A stretch of DNA of 59,458 nucleotides. Source: Parcubacteria group bacterium. Lineage in GTDB: Bacteria; Patescibacteriota; Minisyncoccia; Phycocordibacterales; Phycocordibacteraceae. A program made the position numbers and the translations under genes. The stretch lies in assembly GCA_028286825.1 (NCBI GenBank), contig JAQBQV010000016.1, positions 1 through 59,458 on the forward strand, given 5' to 3'. Numbering within the stretch: the stretch's first letter is position 1; each line of letters starts with the position of its first letter. This document shows positions 36,224 through 45,714 of this stretch, piece after piece. The notes beneath the pieces were generated by a model that was not told the DNA's origin, made no database searches, and was given only the letters and a program-made list of their open reading frames with translations.

Positions 36224-37363
36224 ATGACCATTGTGTTTACGGGAGGAGGGAGTGGGGGACACTTCTATCCCATCATCGCTATTGCCGAAGCAATCAATGA
36301 CCTCGTCCGCGAGAAGCACCTAATCGCGCCACAGATGTACTACTTGGCGCCAACTCCCTATGACCAAAAAGCACTTTTTGAGAATGGCATTGGCTTTATC
36401 TCCATCCCGGCAGGTAAGATTCGCCGTTACGCGTCGATATTAAACTTCACTGATTTCTTCGTCACTTTAGCAGGAATGGTCAGGGCGATCTTTACGCTCT
36501 TTAGGCTCTACCCAGACGTGATCATGAGTAAAGGCGGCTATGTGAGCGTGCCCGTTATTCTTGCAGCGCGTTTACTCCGCATCCCAGTAGTGATCCATGA
36601 GTCAGACTCGAAGCCTGGTCGTGCAAACTTGCTTGCCTCAAAATTTGCAAAAAAAATCGCAATCTCTTTTGAGAGCGCCGCAGCCTACTTCCCGAAGAAG
36701 GTGCAGAACCGAATCGCGCGGACCGGAAACCCAATTCGCAAAGCACTTATGCGCGTAGAGGAAGAAGGCGCCCGACAGTACCTCGGTCTTGAACCAGGCA
36801 TTCCGACGGTGTTTATCCTCGGCGGCTCACAAGGCGCACTCCGCATTAACGAGGCGATCATCACTGCGCTTCCAGATCTTGTTTCCTTTGCTAACGTGAT
36901 CCACCAAACAGGCACCGCGCACTTGAAAAATATTCAAGCGGTGACCAACGTTATTCTTGAGAAGTCGCCTTACGCGAGCCGCTATCATCCGATCGACTTC
37001 CTCGATGAGGTCTCGATGCAACGAGCCGCAGGGGCCGCTAACGTAATCATCTCTCGAGCAGGCACTGGCACCATCTTCGAGATAGGACTCTGGAAAAAGC
37101 CCGCTATCATTATCCCGATCCCGGAATCAGTAAGTCACGATCAGCGCAGCAATGCATACGCATACGCCAACACAGGCGCTGCCGTCGTGATCGAAGAAGG
37201 GAATCTCAGTCCACACCTTCTTGTGTCTGAAATCAAAAGAATCGTGACTGATAACGAACTTTCCGCCAGAATGGTTGCCGGGGCGACTGGCTTCACCGAC
37301 CCAGACGCCGCGCGCATCCTTGCAAACGAGATTCTCTCGATCGGTATCGCCCACGAAATATGA
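36224..37363 (+). CDS. murG: UDP-N-acetylglucosamine--N-acetylmuramyl-(pentapeptide) pyrophosphoryl-undecaprenol N-acetylglucosamine transferase
   Basis: N-terminal GGGSGGHFYP and the C-terminal glycosyltransferase-28 region (ISRAGTGTIFE). Confidence 0.95.
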   Translation: MTIVFTGGGSGGHFYPIIAIAEAINDLVREKHLIAPQMYYLAPTPYDQKALFENGIGFISIPAGKIRRYASILNFTDFFVTLAGMVRAIFTLFRLYPDVIMSKGGYVSVPVILAARLLRIPVVIHESDSKPGRANLLASKFAKKIAISFESAAAYFPKKVQNRIARTGNPIRKALMRVEEEGARQYLGLEPGIPTVFILGGSQGALRINEAIITALPDLVSFANVIHQTGTAHLKNIQAVTNVILEKSPYASRYHPIDFLDEVSMQRAAGAANVIISRAGTGTIFEIGLWKKPAIIIPIPESVSHDQRSNAYAYANTGAAVVIEEGNLSPHLLVSEIKRIVTDNELSARMVAGATGFTDPDAARILANEILSIGIAHEI

Positions 37364-38796
37364 GTAACGTCGTCACGCGCTTCGCTCCTTCACCTACCGG
37401 CTTTATGCACGTCGGCAGTCTGCGAACTGCTTTATTTGCGTGGCTCTACGCGCGTAAGCATGGTGGCCGATTTATCCTTCGCATCGAAGACACTGACAAA
37501 GCTCGCGAAGTAGAAGGCTCGATCCCACACATTATCGAGTCACTCAAATGGCTTGGCATCGAGTGGGACGAAGGTGTTGATAAAGGCGGCCCTCATGCGC
37601 CATATCTCCAATCTGAGCGACTTGAGCTGTACCGCTCATATGCGCAAAAGCTCCTCGCGTCTGGATACGCGTATCCTGACCCGTACAGCGAAGCCGAACT
37701 TGAAGGCTTCCGCAAACAAGCTGACGATGAGAAGCGCCCATTCCTTTTCCGTAACCACCGACCCTCCTTGATCGATGCTTGGGATGGGACTAAGCCGCTA
37801 CGATTTAAGGCTCCAAGAATCGCTCGCTATGAATGGAACGACCTAGTTCGCGGACCACTTTCTGCTGGAGAGGAAGCAATCGATGATTTTATTTTAATAA
37901 AAAGCGATGGGTATCCAACATACAACTTCGCACACATTGTTGACGATATCGAAATGGAAGTGACATACATAATGCGCGGCGAGGAATTTATTTCTTCTAC
38001 TCCTAAGTTTCTTTCGCTCTATGAAGCGCTTGGAATAACTCCTCCTGCGATCGCAACTCTACCGGTGATTCTTGGAGAGGCCGGGACAAAGAAATTGGGT
38101 AAGCGCGACGGAGCAAAGGATATTCTTGATTATCGAGCTGATGGATACTTGCCAGAAGCAATGATGAATTTTCTTGCCCTTATCGGATGGAACCCTGGCA
38201 CTGAGCAAGAATTCTTTAGCAAAGCTGAACTCATCAACGCATTTGAGCTAGAGCGTATTCAAATATCCGGCGGGCAATTCGATGAGGATAAGTTGCTTTC
38301 AGTGAACCAGCACTGGATGCGTCAACTTACAGACGAAGATTACATTTCTCGCGGCTCGCTCTCGGCGCCAGACTTGGAAAAATTGAAGAAAATCGTGCCA
38401 ATGCTGAAAGAACGAGCTCATACCTTCAACGAGGCGAAGGAGATGCTGACAGGTGAGCTTTCCTGCGTCTTTTCTGAGCCGACCCTGGACCCCAAAGAGC
38501 TTGTGGCAAAGGAGCCACAAGACCGCCCAGGACTGACCAAACAGGCCCTAGAAACCCTTCTGGAGGCTCTAAAATCGCTTCCAGAGGGCCTTTCCGCTGA
38601 TGAAGTAAAGGTAGCGCTGATGCCTCTGGCCGACGCCGAGGAGGCAATAGGGAAGGGGGGTCGTGGAGCAGTCCTCTGGCCACTGCGCTACGCCCTTTCT
38701 GGCCAAGTTAAATCTCCAGACCCGTTTACTCTTGTCTCAATTCTCGGACCAGAAGAGTCGATTCCCCGGGTTCAAAAAGCAATCGAATTTTTATAA
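37360..38796 (+). CDS. gltX: glutamate--tRNA ligase
   Basis: RFAPSPTGFMHVGSLRTA (HIGH region) and KLGKRDG (KMSKS-like). It overlaps the murG stop by 4 nt. Confidence 0.95.
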   Translation: MSNVVTRFAPSPTGFMHVGSLRTALFAWLYARKHGGRFILRIEDTDKAREVEGSIPHIIESLKWLGIEWDEGVDKGGPHAPYLQSERLELYRSYAQKLLASGYAYPDPYSEAELEGFRKQADDEKRPFLFRNHRPSLIDAWDGTKPLRFKAPRIARYEWNDLVRGPLSAGEEAIDDFILIKSDGYPTYNFAHIVDDIEMEVTYIMRGEEFISSTPKFLSLYEALGITPPAIATLPVILGEAGTKKLGKRDGAKDILDYRADGYLPEAMMNFLALIGWNPGTEQEFFSKAELINAFELERIQISGGQFDEDKLLSVNQHWMRQLTDEDYISRGSLSAPDLEKLKKIVPMLKERAHTFNEAKEMLTGELSCVFSEPTLDPKELVAKEPQDRPGLTKQALETLLEALKSLPEGLSADEVKVALMPLADAEEAIGKGGRGAVLWPLRYALSGQVKSPDPFTLVSILGPEESIPRVQKAIEFL

Positions 38797-38823
38797 AAGC
38801 AAAACCGAAAGCGGTTTTGCTTT
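38796..38823. terminator. bidirectional terminator (gltX / convergent ORF)
   Basis: aaagcaaaaccg-aaag-cggttttgcttt. Confidence 0.8.
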
Positions 38824-38849
38824 CGGCGGTCGATTCTGCATTCCATCCA

Positions 38850-39134
38850 TTAATCTGGCCGGTTGTGATTCATCAAGTCTTCGAGTGTATACCATCCGGC
38901 AAAACTGAGGCACATCTGTATCGCGGTGAGGTGACTTCCGGTTTTCCTCTGTTTCTCCGGATTTATTGCAAACTCTCGCACTCCATCGCACAAAAAGTGA
39001 GCGTGGGCGAGCCGTTCAGCAACAGTTGTAGATTCAAAGGTGCGCGTTGGGTTAATTCGAATCTTTTGAATATTCTTAGTTTTGAGCTCCTTTTCGTACA
39101 TTTCAATTACAGAAATAATCTTTTCCGGTGTCAT
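38850..39134 (-). CDS. hypothetical protein (94 aa)
   Basis: AGGAG lies 8 nt upstream of ATG 39134. The opposite-strand ORF 38817-39155 lacks signals. Confidence 0.5.
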   Translation of the reverse strand: MTPEKIISVIEMYEKELKTKNIQKIRINPTRTFESTTVAERLAHAHFLCDGVREFAINPEKQRKTGSHLTAIQMCLSFAGWYTLEDLMNHNRPD

Positions 39135-39179
39135 GAACTTTCTCCTGGTTGTTGATCCGCTGTTAGTTAAACACATTTC

Positions 39180-39815
39180 TTATTTTTTTTCATCGCGCGT
39201 GAGCCACAAGAGAAGGCACGCATAGGTGCGGTGTGGCGACCACTTTTCTGCAATAGCTAGCAGGGAAGTGCGAGGCGCGTTTTTAGGGAGTCCATAGATT
39301 GTCTCAATGGCGCGAATGAGACCCAAGTCGCCGACGGAGAAAACATCACCACGCCCGAGACTAAACATAAGGAACATCTCAGACGACCAAGGACCGAGTC
39401 CCCAAATTTCTTGTAGCTTCTCTGACGCTTCACCTTCAGGAATTCTTTTGAGTGAAAGGAGATCGAGTTTTTTATTCTTAACCGCTTTTGCAATTTCTTT
39501 GATCGTCTTAATTTTTGAGCCCGACAATCCGGCCTTACGAAAGCTCGACTCTCGAACCCTCAGAATCGACTCTGGTGTAAGAGATCCCTTACAAACCTCT
39601 TTGACCCGCACGAAGATTGAGCTCGCGGCTTTAGTCGCGAGTTGCTGAGAGGTAACGATACGAATCAGGGACTCAAACAGAGCAGCTGTTGTTCGTTTGT
39701 TTTCTAAAATAAGCGGCAGGGCAGCATGATTCGCTTTTGTTGCGTCATGAAAGCGTTTGTCGACCGACTTGAAATGTTGTAGAGCTGTGTCCCGGTCATT
39801 TCGCGAACTTGGCAT
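39180..39815 (-). CDS. alkA: DNA-3-methyladenine glycosylase II (HhH-GPD family)
   Basis: HhH motif LQEIWGLGPWSSEMFLMF followed by the catalytic-Asp context VFSVGDLGL. Confidence 0.85.
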   Translation of the reverse strand: MPSSRNDRDTALQHFKSVDKRFHDATKANHAALPLILENKRTTAALFESLIRIVTSQQLATKAASSIFVRVKEVCKGSLTPESILRVRESSFRKAGLSGSKIKTIKEIAKAVKNKKLDLLSLKRIPEGEASEKLQEIWGLGPWSSEMFLMFSLGRGDVFSVGDLGLIRAIETIYGLPKNAPRTSLLAIAEKWSPHRTYACLLLWLTRDEKK

Positions 39816-39821
39816 GCCGAG

Positions 39822-39830
39822 ATTCTACCA
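39822..39830 (-). promoter_or_regulatory. extended -10 TGgTAGAAT, 6 nt before the alkA ATG
   Basis: The reverse complement of attctacca. Confidence 0.5.
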
Positions 39831-39852
39831 CTGCTTCATCTTCCTGTACCCC

Positions 39853-39861
39853 TGGTATAAT
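39853..39861 (+). promoter_or_regulatory. extended -10 TGgTATAAT, 9 nt before ATG 39871
   Basis: Back-to-back with the alkA promoter. Confidence 0.45.
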
Positions 39862-39870
39862 AGAAGGACC

Positions 39871-40047
39871 ATGTTTAGCCTTATCCTCTGGGTCTTCATC
39901 CTCATCCTTGGCCTCTCATTCTTTGGGATCTCACTTCAAGCCATCATCTCTTCTCCCGCTGGCCAGGCTAACTTCGCTTACCTCTTCCATTTACTTTCTA
40001 TCGGCTGGGACTGGATCCTTGTTGTTATCAAACAGTTTAAGGTTTAA
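39871..40047 (+). CDS. small membrane protein (58 aa), hypothetical
   Basis: TGgTATAAT lies 9 nt upstream; two hydrophobic helices. Confidence 0.4.
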   Translation: MFSLILWVFILILGLSFFGISLQAIISSPAGQANFAYLFHLLSIGWDWILVVIKQFKV

Positions 40048-40262
40048 TGCCGAATTGGGAGAAAAATATTGACCATCTACGATGCATAGAGATCGGTGCG
40101 AAATGGTGCGGATACGATCTAACGTATTACTAGCGTAGGGTTAAGGATTGATTAGCAGTCTCCCGATGCTCTAGGTTATATGCGCAAAAGATATATTGTG
40201 CGCACATTAGCTAGAGAGCGGCTACTCCTGAAAGAATCCTCTTCCCTGTTTGCTGTGTTTAT

Positions 40263-40571
40263 TTAAAAACCGTTTTTTAGAAATAGAAATGCGTAAGCCA
40301 ATACAAGCGTAAACATCATCGTGCTGATTAAAATTTTTGACTGGTACGGTGCTAGAGGTTTTCGCGAGACTAAGATGATGATCAAATAAAGTACGATTAT
40401 TAGCGTCCAGGGAATTACGTAAAGAATTGTATATTGATCACTACCAATAGAATAAGGACTGGGATTGTGGTCCAAGATAGACCAAACTATGTAAAAGTTA
40501 CCAATTAGAAGGGAGAGCGCAACAAGTGTGGAAATGACGGAGTACTTCCCTACTGATTCTCTCACTTTCAT
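40263..40571 (-). CDS. integral membrane protein, hypothetical (AT-rich gene)
   Basis: 3-4 TM helices. The start could be ATG 40571 or ATG 40595 (the latter overlaps the LOG gene stop). Local GC is visibly lower than in neighbouring genes. Confidence 0.45.
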   Translation of the reverse strand: MKVRESVGKYSVISTLVALSLLIGNFYIVWSILDHNPSPYSIGSDQYTILYVIPWTLIIVLYLIIILVSRKPLAPYQSKILISTMMFTLVLAYAFLFLKNGF

Positions 40572-40581
40572 TTCTGTTGAA

Positions 40582-41361
40582 TTAGCAGGTGACATTTTTG
40601 GTGATGTAGTCGTAGGCTTCGTCGATCGTATCGACAATGGTAAAAAGATCGAGGTCTGCAGCATCAATGGTTTTGCGATCTTCAAGAAGCGTCTTTTGCA
40701 TAAATGTCATGAGCGGTTCCCAGTACGACTTGCCAAAGAGAACGATCGGAACGTTACGGATCTTCTTAGTTTGAACTAAGGTGACGATCTCAAAGAATTC
40801 GTCGAGTGTACCAAAGCCGCCAGGAAAGTAGACATACACTTCAGATGCATAGGTCAGCATCACTTTACGCACAAAGAAGTGGTCAAAGCCGAACTTCTCG
40901 GTGAGGTATGGATTGTAAAGCTGTGAGGTAGGTAGGTTGATATTAAGACCCACTGAGGCGCCACCAACCTGGAAGGCGCCCTTGTTTGCTGCCTCCATAA
41001 TTCCTGAGCTACCACCCGTGATAACGGCAAATCCAACCTTGGCAAGTTTTGCTGAGAGTTCCTGTGCGCGTTGATAGCTTTCGTCCTCTGGTGTAGCTCG
41101 TGCGCTTCCAAAGAAGGTAACCGCAAGCCCGTACCGACGGATTATGTCAAAGCCTTCAATAAACTCAGACATGATCTTGAAGATCCTCCAGGACTCAACA
41201 TTTTTCGGCTTGCAGACAAGGAGCGGACGATTCTCCGGCATAGTACGCGCGCCCTCATGGACGACATGAGCAAGTCGCTCAGTAGTCTCATGTAAGGGGG
41301 GAGCCTGCCCTACTGTCCGCGCATGGACAACTGGCATGTCACGCGTCATGTCTTCATTCAT
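40582..41361 (-). CDS. LOG family protein (TIGR00730-type nucleotide 5'-monophosphate nucleosidase / lysine-decarboxylase-like)
   Basis: ITGGSSGIMEAANKGA and PGGFGTLDEFFE signature motifs. Confidence 0.9.
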   Translation of the reverse strand: MNEDMTRDMPVVHARTVGQAPPLHETTERLAHVVHEGARTMPENRPLLVCKPKNVESWRIFKIMSEFIEGFDIIRRYGLAVTFFGSARATPEDESYQRAQELSAKLAKVGFAVITGGSSGIMEAANKGAFQVGGASVGLNINLPTSQLYNPYLTEKFGFDHFFVRKVMLTYASEVYVYFPGGFGTLDEFFEIVTLVQTKKIRNVPIVLFGKSYWEPLMTFMQKTLLEDRKTIDAADLDLFTIVDTIDEAYDYITKNVTC

Positions 41362-41367
41362 ACCCTT

Positions 41368-41376
41368 AGTCTATCA
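41368..41376 (-). promoter_or_regulatory. extended -10 TGaTAGACT, 6 nt before the LOG-family ATG
   Basis: The reverse complement of agtctatca. Confidence 0.5.
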
Positions 41377-41434
41377 CCTGAATTTACGCTTCAGGTTGCG
41401 CAGCCTGTAGATATGTTGAGAAATTAAGCTTCAG

Positions 41435-41611
41435 TTAGGGAAGCACCTCGACCTGGAGATCTCTCGACTCCCCTGCTCCATCAATGCCTGCTTGGTAACC
41501 TAGTCCAAAGCTAAGAAGGCAGGCGAGGATAAGAACGCTTATAATAACGATATCTCGCGGCAGGCGGCCTAGGGCGCTTTTGCATTTCTCTCTTGCCTCT
41601 GCTATAGTCAT
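41435..41611 (-). CDS. possible 58-aa single-TM micro-protein
   Basis: Not in the ORF track. Hand translation gives MTIAEAREKCKSALGRLPRDIVIISVLILACLLSFGLGYQAGIDGAGESRDLQVEVLP. No clear expression signal. It lies 19 nt from the divergent rpmA. Confidence 0.3.
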   Translation of the reverse strand: MTIAEAREKCKSALGRLPRDIVIISVLILACLLSFGLGYQAGIDGAGESRDLQVEVLP

Positions 41612-41630
41612 TAGGTAAAACTATACCACT

Positions 41631-41906
41631 ATGGCATCCACTAAAGCCGGCGGTTCCGCAAAGAACTTAACCGATTCCAATCCAAAATATCTCGGCATCA
41701 AGCTTGCCGACGGTTCTGCCGCCCGCCCTGGGATGGTAATCGTCCGACAGCGCGGTACTAAGATCGAAGCTGGTAAGAATGTGGGCGTCGGCGTCGACCA
41801 TACCCTCTTCGCACTCGCAGAAGGTACAGTGAGCTATCGCAACCGCCGTAAGACCAACTTCACTGGCAAGATTGTTGTTAAGAAAGTCGCTGACGTTCTA
41901 AACTAA
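41631..41906 (+). CDS. rpmA: 50S ribosomal protein L27
   Basis: [12 protein letters not shown]...YLGIK...G..IVRQRGTK...G.NVG.G.DHTLFA is typical of L27. Confidence 0.95.
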   Translation: MASTKAGGSAKNLTDSNPKYLGIKLADGSAARPGMVIVRQRGTKIEAGKNVGVGVDHTLFALAEGTVSYRNRRKTNFTGKIVVKKVADVLN

Positions 41907-41933
41907 AAAACCTCCACTGCTGGAGGTTTTTTA
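41906..41933. terminator. bidirectional terminator (rpmA / M15 peptidase)
   Basis: aaaaaacctcca-ctgc-tggaggtttttt. Confidence 0.8.
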
Positions 41934-41968
41934 CGTTCTAAAAGCTAGATAGCGACCTTTAACTTTTG

Positions 41969-42484
41969 TTAATCCAATTTTTCGAGGTGCTGCCAGTCTT
42001 TAATTTCGTTCCAGTCTCCGCCCCAACTCCAACCTTTTGATTTAAAAAGCTCTGCAATCTGCGGAGTGACCGTTCCTTTTTGTATTAAGTCGTACTGTGA
42101 GCCGAGCGGCACGGTAGTACCATCTCGCCTTTGGTATGGGTTTTGCATTGGGTTGATATCGATCGCGCGACCAAAGGAATGGTTAGACAGTCTATCGGTA
42201 CCGTAAATGAGGCGGTAGTTAAATGCTGACGTATTATTATCCTCCATTGACGCGTCGTCGTCCCACTCGTAGCGCACTATGGGGACCATTTTCTCTATCT
42301 GAAACCGCATGTTAAACAACGTTGCAAAGAGCGCTTGCGCGCTCTTTGCAACATCTCGATGAAGCACGAGCTGTCCAACCGATTCCTCATCTTTAAAGGA
42401 TAGAAACGGGACGTCAATAATGACAAGCGTCGAGCGGACGTCTGATGGAATCTCTTTACCTGCGAGAGCCTCTTCGAGACTCAT
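41969..42484 (-). CDS. M15 family (LAS-fold, VanY/VanX-like) peptidoglycan peptidase
   Basis: HSFGRAIDI (Hx6D) and DWQHLE (the second His) are zinc-ligand motifs. Confidence 0.7.
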   Translation of the reverse strand: MSLEEALAGKEIPSDVRSTLVIIDVPFLSFKDEESVGQLVLHRDVAKSAQALFATLFNMRFQIEKMVPIVRYEWDDDASMEDNNTSAFNYRLIYGTDRLSNHSFGRAIDINPMQNPYQRRDGTTVPLGSQYDLIQKGTVTPQIAELFKSKGWSWGGDWNEIKDWQHLEKLD

Positions 42485-42489
42485 AGGAG

Positions 42490-42936
42490 TTAGGCCTCAG
42501 CCTCAATGACGATCGAAAACTTACCGAAGGTCTCGCCTGAAGCGACTGGGACATCAAAAGTGCCGAGTTCTTTAATCGGCTTCTCGAGCTTGATTACTGC
42601 AGCTGGGAGATCAATCTGGGTCTGCTCCTTAACTGCCTTTGAGATATCGGTCTCCCCTACTGCGTCATACAAATGCCCCTTCTCGTTGGCCTTCATAACA
42701 ATGGTCACCTTTGCGTCAGCAAGAGATGCAATATTCTGGAGCAAGAGAGCCGCGTCGAGCGCTCCTTGATCTACCACCTGCTTGCGGCGTGTTTCGGCCT
42801 CTTTTACAGCGACCAGTGTTGCTGAGATGGCGAGCTTCTGAGGAATAAGGAAGTTAAGCGCATACCCGTCTGCGGTCACTACCTCATCATGCGAGCGGCC
42901 GAGCCCCTTCACGTCCTTAATTAAGATAACTTTCAT
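42490..42936 (-). CDS. rplI: 50S ribosomal protein L9
   Basis: MKVILIKDVKGLGR...V..GYA.NFLIP is typical of L9. Confidence 0.93.
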   Translation of the reverse strand: MKVILIKDVKGLGRSHDEVVTADGYALNFLIPQKLAISATLVAVKEAETRRKQVVDQGALDAALLLQNIASLADAKVTIVMKANEKGHLYDAVGETDISKAVKEQTQIDLPAAVIKLEKPIKELGTFDVPVASGETFGKFSIVIEAEA

Positions 42937-42944
42937 ATCTCCCC

Positions 42945-42973
42945 AGCGTACCGTATAGCTTACATATAGTCAA
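42945..42973 (-). promoter_or_regulatory. TTGACT-17-TACGCT promoter, 8 nt before the rplI ATG
   Basis: Read on the minus strand. Confidence 0.5.
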
Positions 42974-43050
42974 AAACCCGACCGGTCGGAACGTTGATCG
43001 GTTTATTCCGGCGGGCCTCTGCGACTCAAATGTCAGACAACGGGCAATTA

Positions 43051-45714
43051 CTACCTAGAACCACTCATTCGGATTGTCTGAGTCTTGTATATGTTTAAAC
43101 TGCTCGCTGCTGCCTTGCGGCGATAGATCCACTTACCGAACTCAATCGCAGATATATTGAGAACACCAACAGCAATGACGCCAAGTACCCAATAGAGTGA
43201 AAGTGACACCGTCTGGAATACCGTTTGCAAGAATGGAACGTAGATCGCGAGCGCTATAAGCGTGACGCCTATCGATACACCCATAATGAGATATCGATTG
43301 GAAAACGGCGAGTATGAGAAGATACTTTTATCAAGACTTCTGAGTGCAAACGCGAGGAACAAGCTGTAGGTCCCAAAGCTTGCGAAGATGAATGTGCGTA
43401 CAATTTCTGGATCAAATCCAAAGCGAAGCAGCGCCCAGTAAAGTACAAAGAGGAATGCGCTCGTCGTAAAGCCGATAAACACAATAAGAAATCGCATGAT
43501 CGGACTAAAAAGGTTCCCACGCATTTCGCTTGAATGATGAGTAATCCCATCGATATTTCGCTCAAAAGCGAACGCGACTGCTGGGAAGCTGTCGGAGAAG
43601 AAGTTCACCCAAAGGATTTGTAGTGGATTTAGTGGAAGCACAAGACCCGTGAGAAGCGCCCCGCCAATAAGGAAGAGTTCGTCCGCAACAGAAGAGAGGA
43701 GATAAACCAGAACCTTTCTCGTATTGTGCATAATCTGTCTCCCCTCTTCAATTGCGGCGACTATCGTCTCAAAATTATCATCAAGCAAGACCAAATCAGC
43801 GACATCACGAGCGACCTCAGTACCAGACCCCATAGCAATGCCAATATCGGCCCGCTTTATACTCGGAGCGTCATTGACCCCATCTCCTGTCATGGCTACC
43901 ACTTCCCCCGACCACTGCAGCACGCGCACGACGCGCAGCTTATCCGCGGGCGTAACGCGTGCGATCACTCGGATATGCGCTAGTTGTTCGAGTAACTCTG
44001 TATCTGAGAGGGTGTGAAGGCTCTCCGCATCAAGCACGCTTGTTTCGTTAATGACCATGCCGACCTCGCGAGCTACTGCCTGCGCGGTACCTAGATGATC
44101 CCCCGTCATGATGAGTGTGCGTATACCAGCACGCTCAATACGCTCTATAGCGTCTCGAACGCCGGGACGGATTGGATCAGAAAACGCTACTAGCCCCTGC
44201 ATAGATAACCCGGCAAGATGTGTTTCTTTAGTGAGAGAAAAATTTTCGATTGAGGCGATCTCTTTTGTTGCGATCCCAAGCACAAGCTGTCCAGAATGAG
44301 CAATGGTGTCAATCTGTTCGATAATATGTGCCTGTTCACTTTGGGTGAGTAGCGATCGCCGTACGAGAATATCTGGAGCACCAAGATACGTAAGGAGATG
44401 GGTCTTCCCCGTTCGAGAAACAGTCACCGAAAATTTGTTTACTGCATTAAAAGGAAGCGAATTGAGGATGCTACTGTCTTTTTTCATCTCGTCTGCACGA
44501 ATATCCTTCATGCCCGCTGCCCGCACGAGCGCAGACTCAAGCACTCGACCAGTCAAATGCCAGTCCTGTGGTTTGTCGTGTGGATTTTCAATAAGCACAT
44601 TTGTATTAAGCAGTGCCCACCGAAGTAGCTGGTCGCTCGTCGCCGAGCCAGTAGGTACTAATTGGCTCAGTACCATTTTCGCCTCTGTGAGAGTGCCCGT
44701 TTTGTCCGTCAAAATAATGCTCGTACTGCCGAGCGCTTCAGCTGCCACCAACTTCCGCACCACACCCTTCCGCCTTGCCATTCGTTGCACACCTATCGCA
44801 AGAATCACCGTCATGGCGATTGGAAGCCCTTCAGGAACAGCCGAGACACCCACTGCAACGGAAGTGAGGAACATATCTGCCATCGAATACCCCGACAGAA
44901 TTCCCACTACAAAAATACCAACCGTCAGCATACCCAAGAAGATACTTGCCTGACGACTAAATATTTTGATCTTTTTTTGAAGCGGAGTTTCTTCTCGACC
45001 TGAATCTGCTACAAGCGCAGCAATCTTACCTAACTCAGTCGCAGACCCCGTGCGGCACACAATAGCGGTCGCAACACCCTGAGTGACTAATGTACCGGCA
45101 AACACCATACTGCCTTGATCACCTATACCCGCCTTCGGGTCCGATGGCTCAGTCGATTTGGTAACGGCGATCGCCTCACCAGTTAAAATCGTTTCATCAA
45201 CCTGAAAATCATTTACAAAGACAAGCCTTGCATCTGCGGGTACACGATCTCCCTGATTTAATCGTAGACAGTCGCCCGGAACGATCAAGCGTGCATCAAG
45301 CTCATATTCTCGTCCGTCACGAACGATGCGACTGCGCTCTTTTAAATATGACTTAAGTTCTGCGAGCGCGCGCTCTGCTTTAAATTCCTGATAAAACCCT
45401 AGTGTTGCATTCACAAATACAGCAGCAAAAATGAAAAGCGCATCGCGATAATGTCCGATCACAGAGGTCACTACACCCGCGAGTATCAAGATGAGAATGA
45501 GCGGACTCTTGAACTGACTAAGCAGAATCACAACCGCAGGAGAACTGTGTGACTTCTTGATCACATTTTCTCCGACCTGCTTGAGACGATTCTGCGCCTC
45601 CGCCTCTGCGATACCCTGATCGCTACTGGTCTGCAACTCGGCGATAACCGTTTCTACAGACAGTGCCCAGAATGGTTTCTCCTCTCCCTCACCTATCACG
45701 CGAATAGCTTTCAT
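43051..45714 (-). CDS. cation-transporting P-type ATPase (type II, Ca2+/Mg2+-like)
   Basis: TGEA, DKTGTLT, TGDHLGTA and GDGVNDAP motifs; 10-TM layout with an N-terminal cation-ATPase domain. Confidence 0.95.
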   Translation of the reverse strand: MKAIRVIGEGEEKPFWALSVETVIAELQTSSDQGIAEAEAQNRLKQVGENVIKKSHSSPAVVILLSQFKSPLILILILAGVVTSVIGHYRDALFIFAAVFVNATLGFYQEFKAERALAELKSYLKERSRIVRDGREYELDARLIVPGDCLRLNQGDRVPADARLVFVNDFQVDETILTGEAIAVTKSTEPSDPKAGIGDQGSMVFAGTLVTQGVATAIVCRTGSATELGKIAALVADSGREETPLQKKIKIFSRQASIFLGMLTVGIFVVGILSGYSMADMFLTSVAVGVSAVPEGLPIAMTVILAIGVQRMARRKGVVRKLVAAEALGSTSIILTDKTGTLTEAKMVLSQLVPTGSATSDQLLRWALLNTNVLIENPHDKPQDWHLTGRVLESALVRAAGMKDIRADEMKKDSSILNSLPFNAVNKFSVTVSRTGKTHLLTYLGAPDILVRRSLLTQSEQAHIIEQIDTIAHSGQLVLGIATKEIASIENFSLTKETHLAGLSMQGLVAFSDPIRPGVRDAIERIERAGIRTLIMTGDHLGTAQAVAREVGMVINETSVLDAESLHTLSDTELLEQLAHIRVIARVTPADKLRVVRVLQWSGEVVAMTGDGVNDAPSIKRADIGIAMGSGTEVARDVADLVLLDDNFETIVAAIEEGRQIMHNTRKVLVYLLSSVADELFLIGGALLTGLVLPLNPLQILWVNFFSDSFPAVAFAFERNIDGITHHSSEMRGNLFSPIMRFLIVFIGFTTSAFLFVLYWALLRFGFDPEIVRTFIFASFGTYSLFLAFALRSLDKSIFSYSPFSNRYLIMGVSIGVTLIALAIYVPFLQTVFQTVSLSLYWVLGVIAVGVLNISAIEFGKWIYRRKAAASSLNIYKTQTIRMSGSR

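Noticed and set aside
38817-39155. A 112-aa plus-strand ORF overlapping the minus-strand ORF 38850-39134.
   Set aside because: It starts inside the gltX bidirectional terminator with no signals. The minus-strand frame has an AGGAG and a sensible stop before the terminator.
44303-44953. A 216-aa ORF antisense to the P-type ATPase. Similar cases are 46835-47434 within ctpA, 35244-35708 within ftsW, 33477-33917 within the carboxypeptidase and 10036-10482 within rpsM/rpsK.
   Set aside because: All lie entirely inside genes with canonical family motifs on the other strand.
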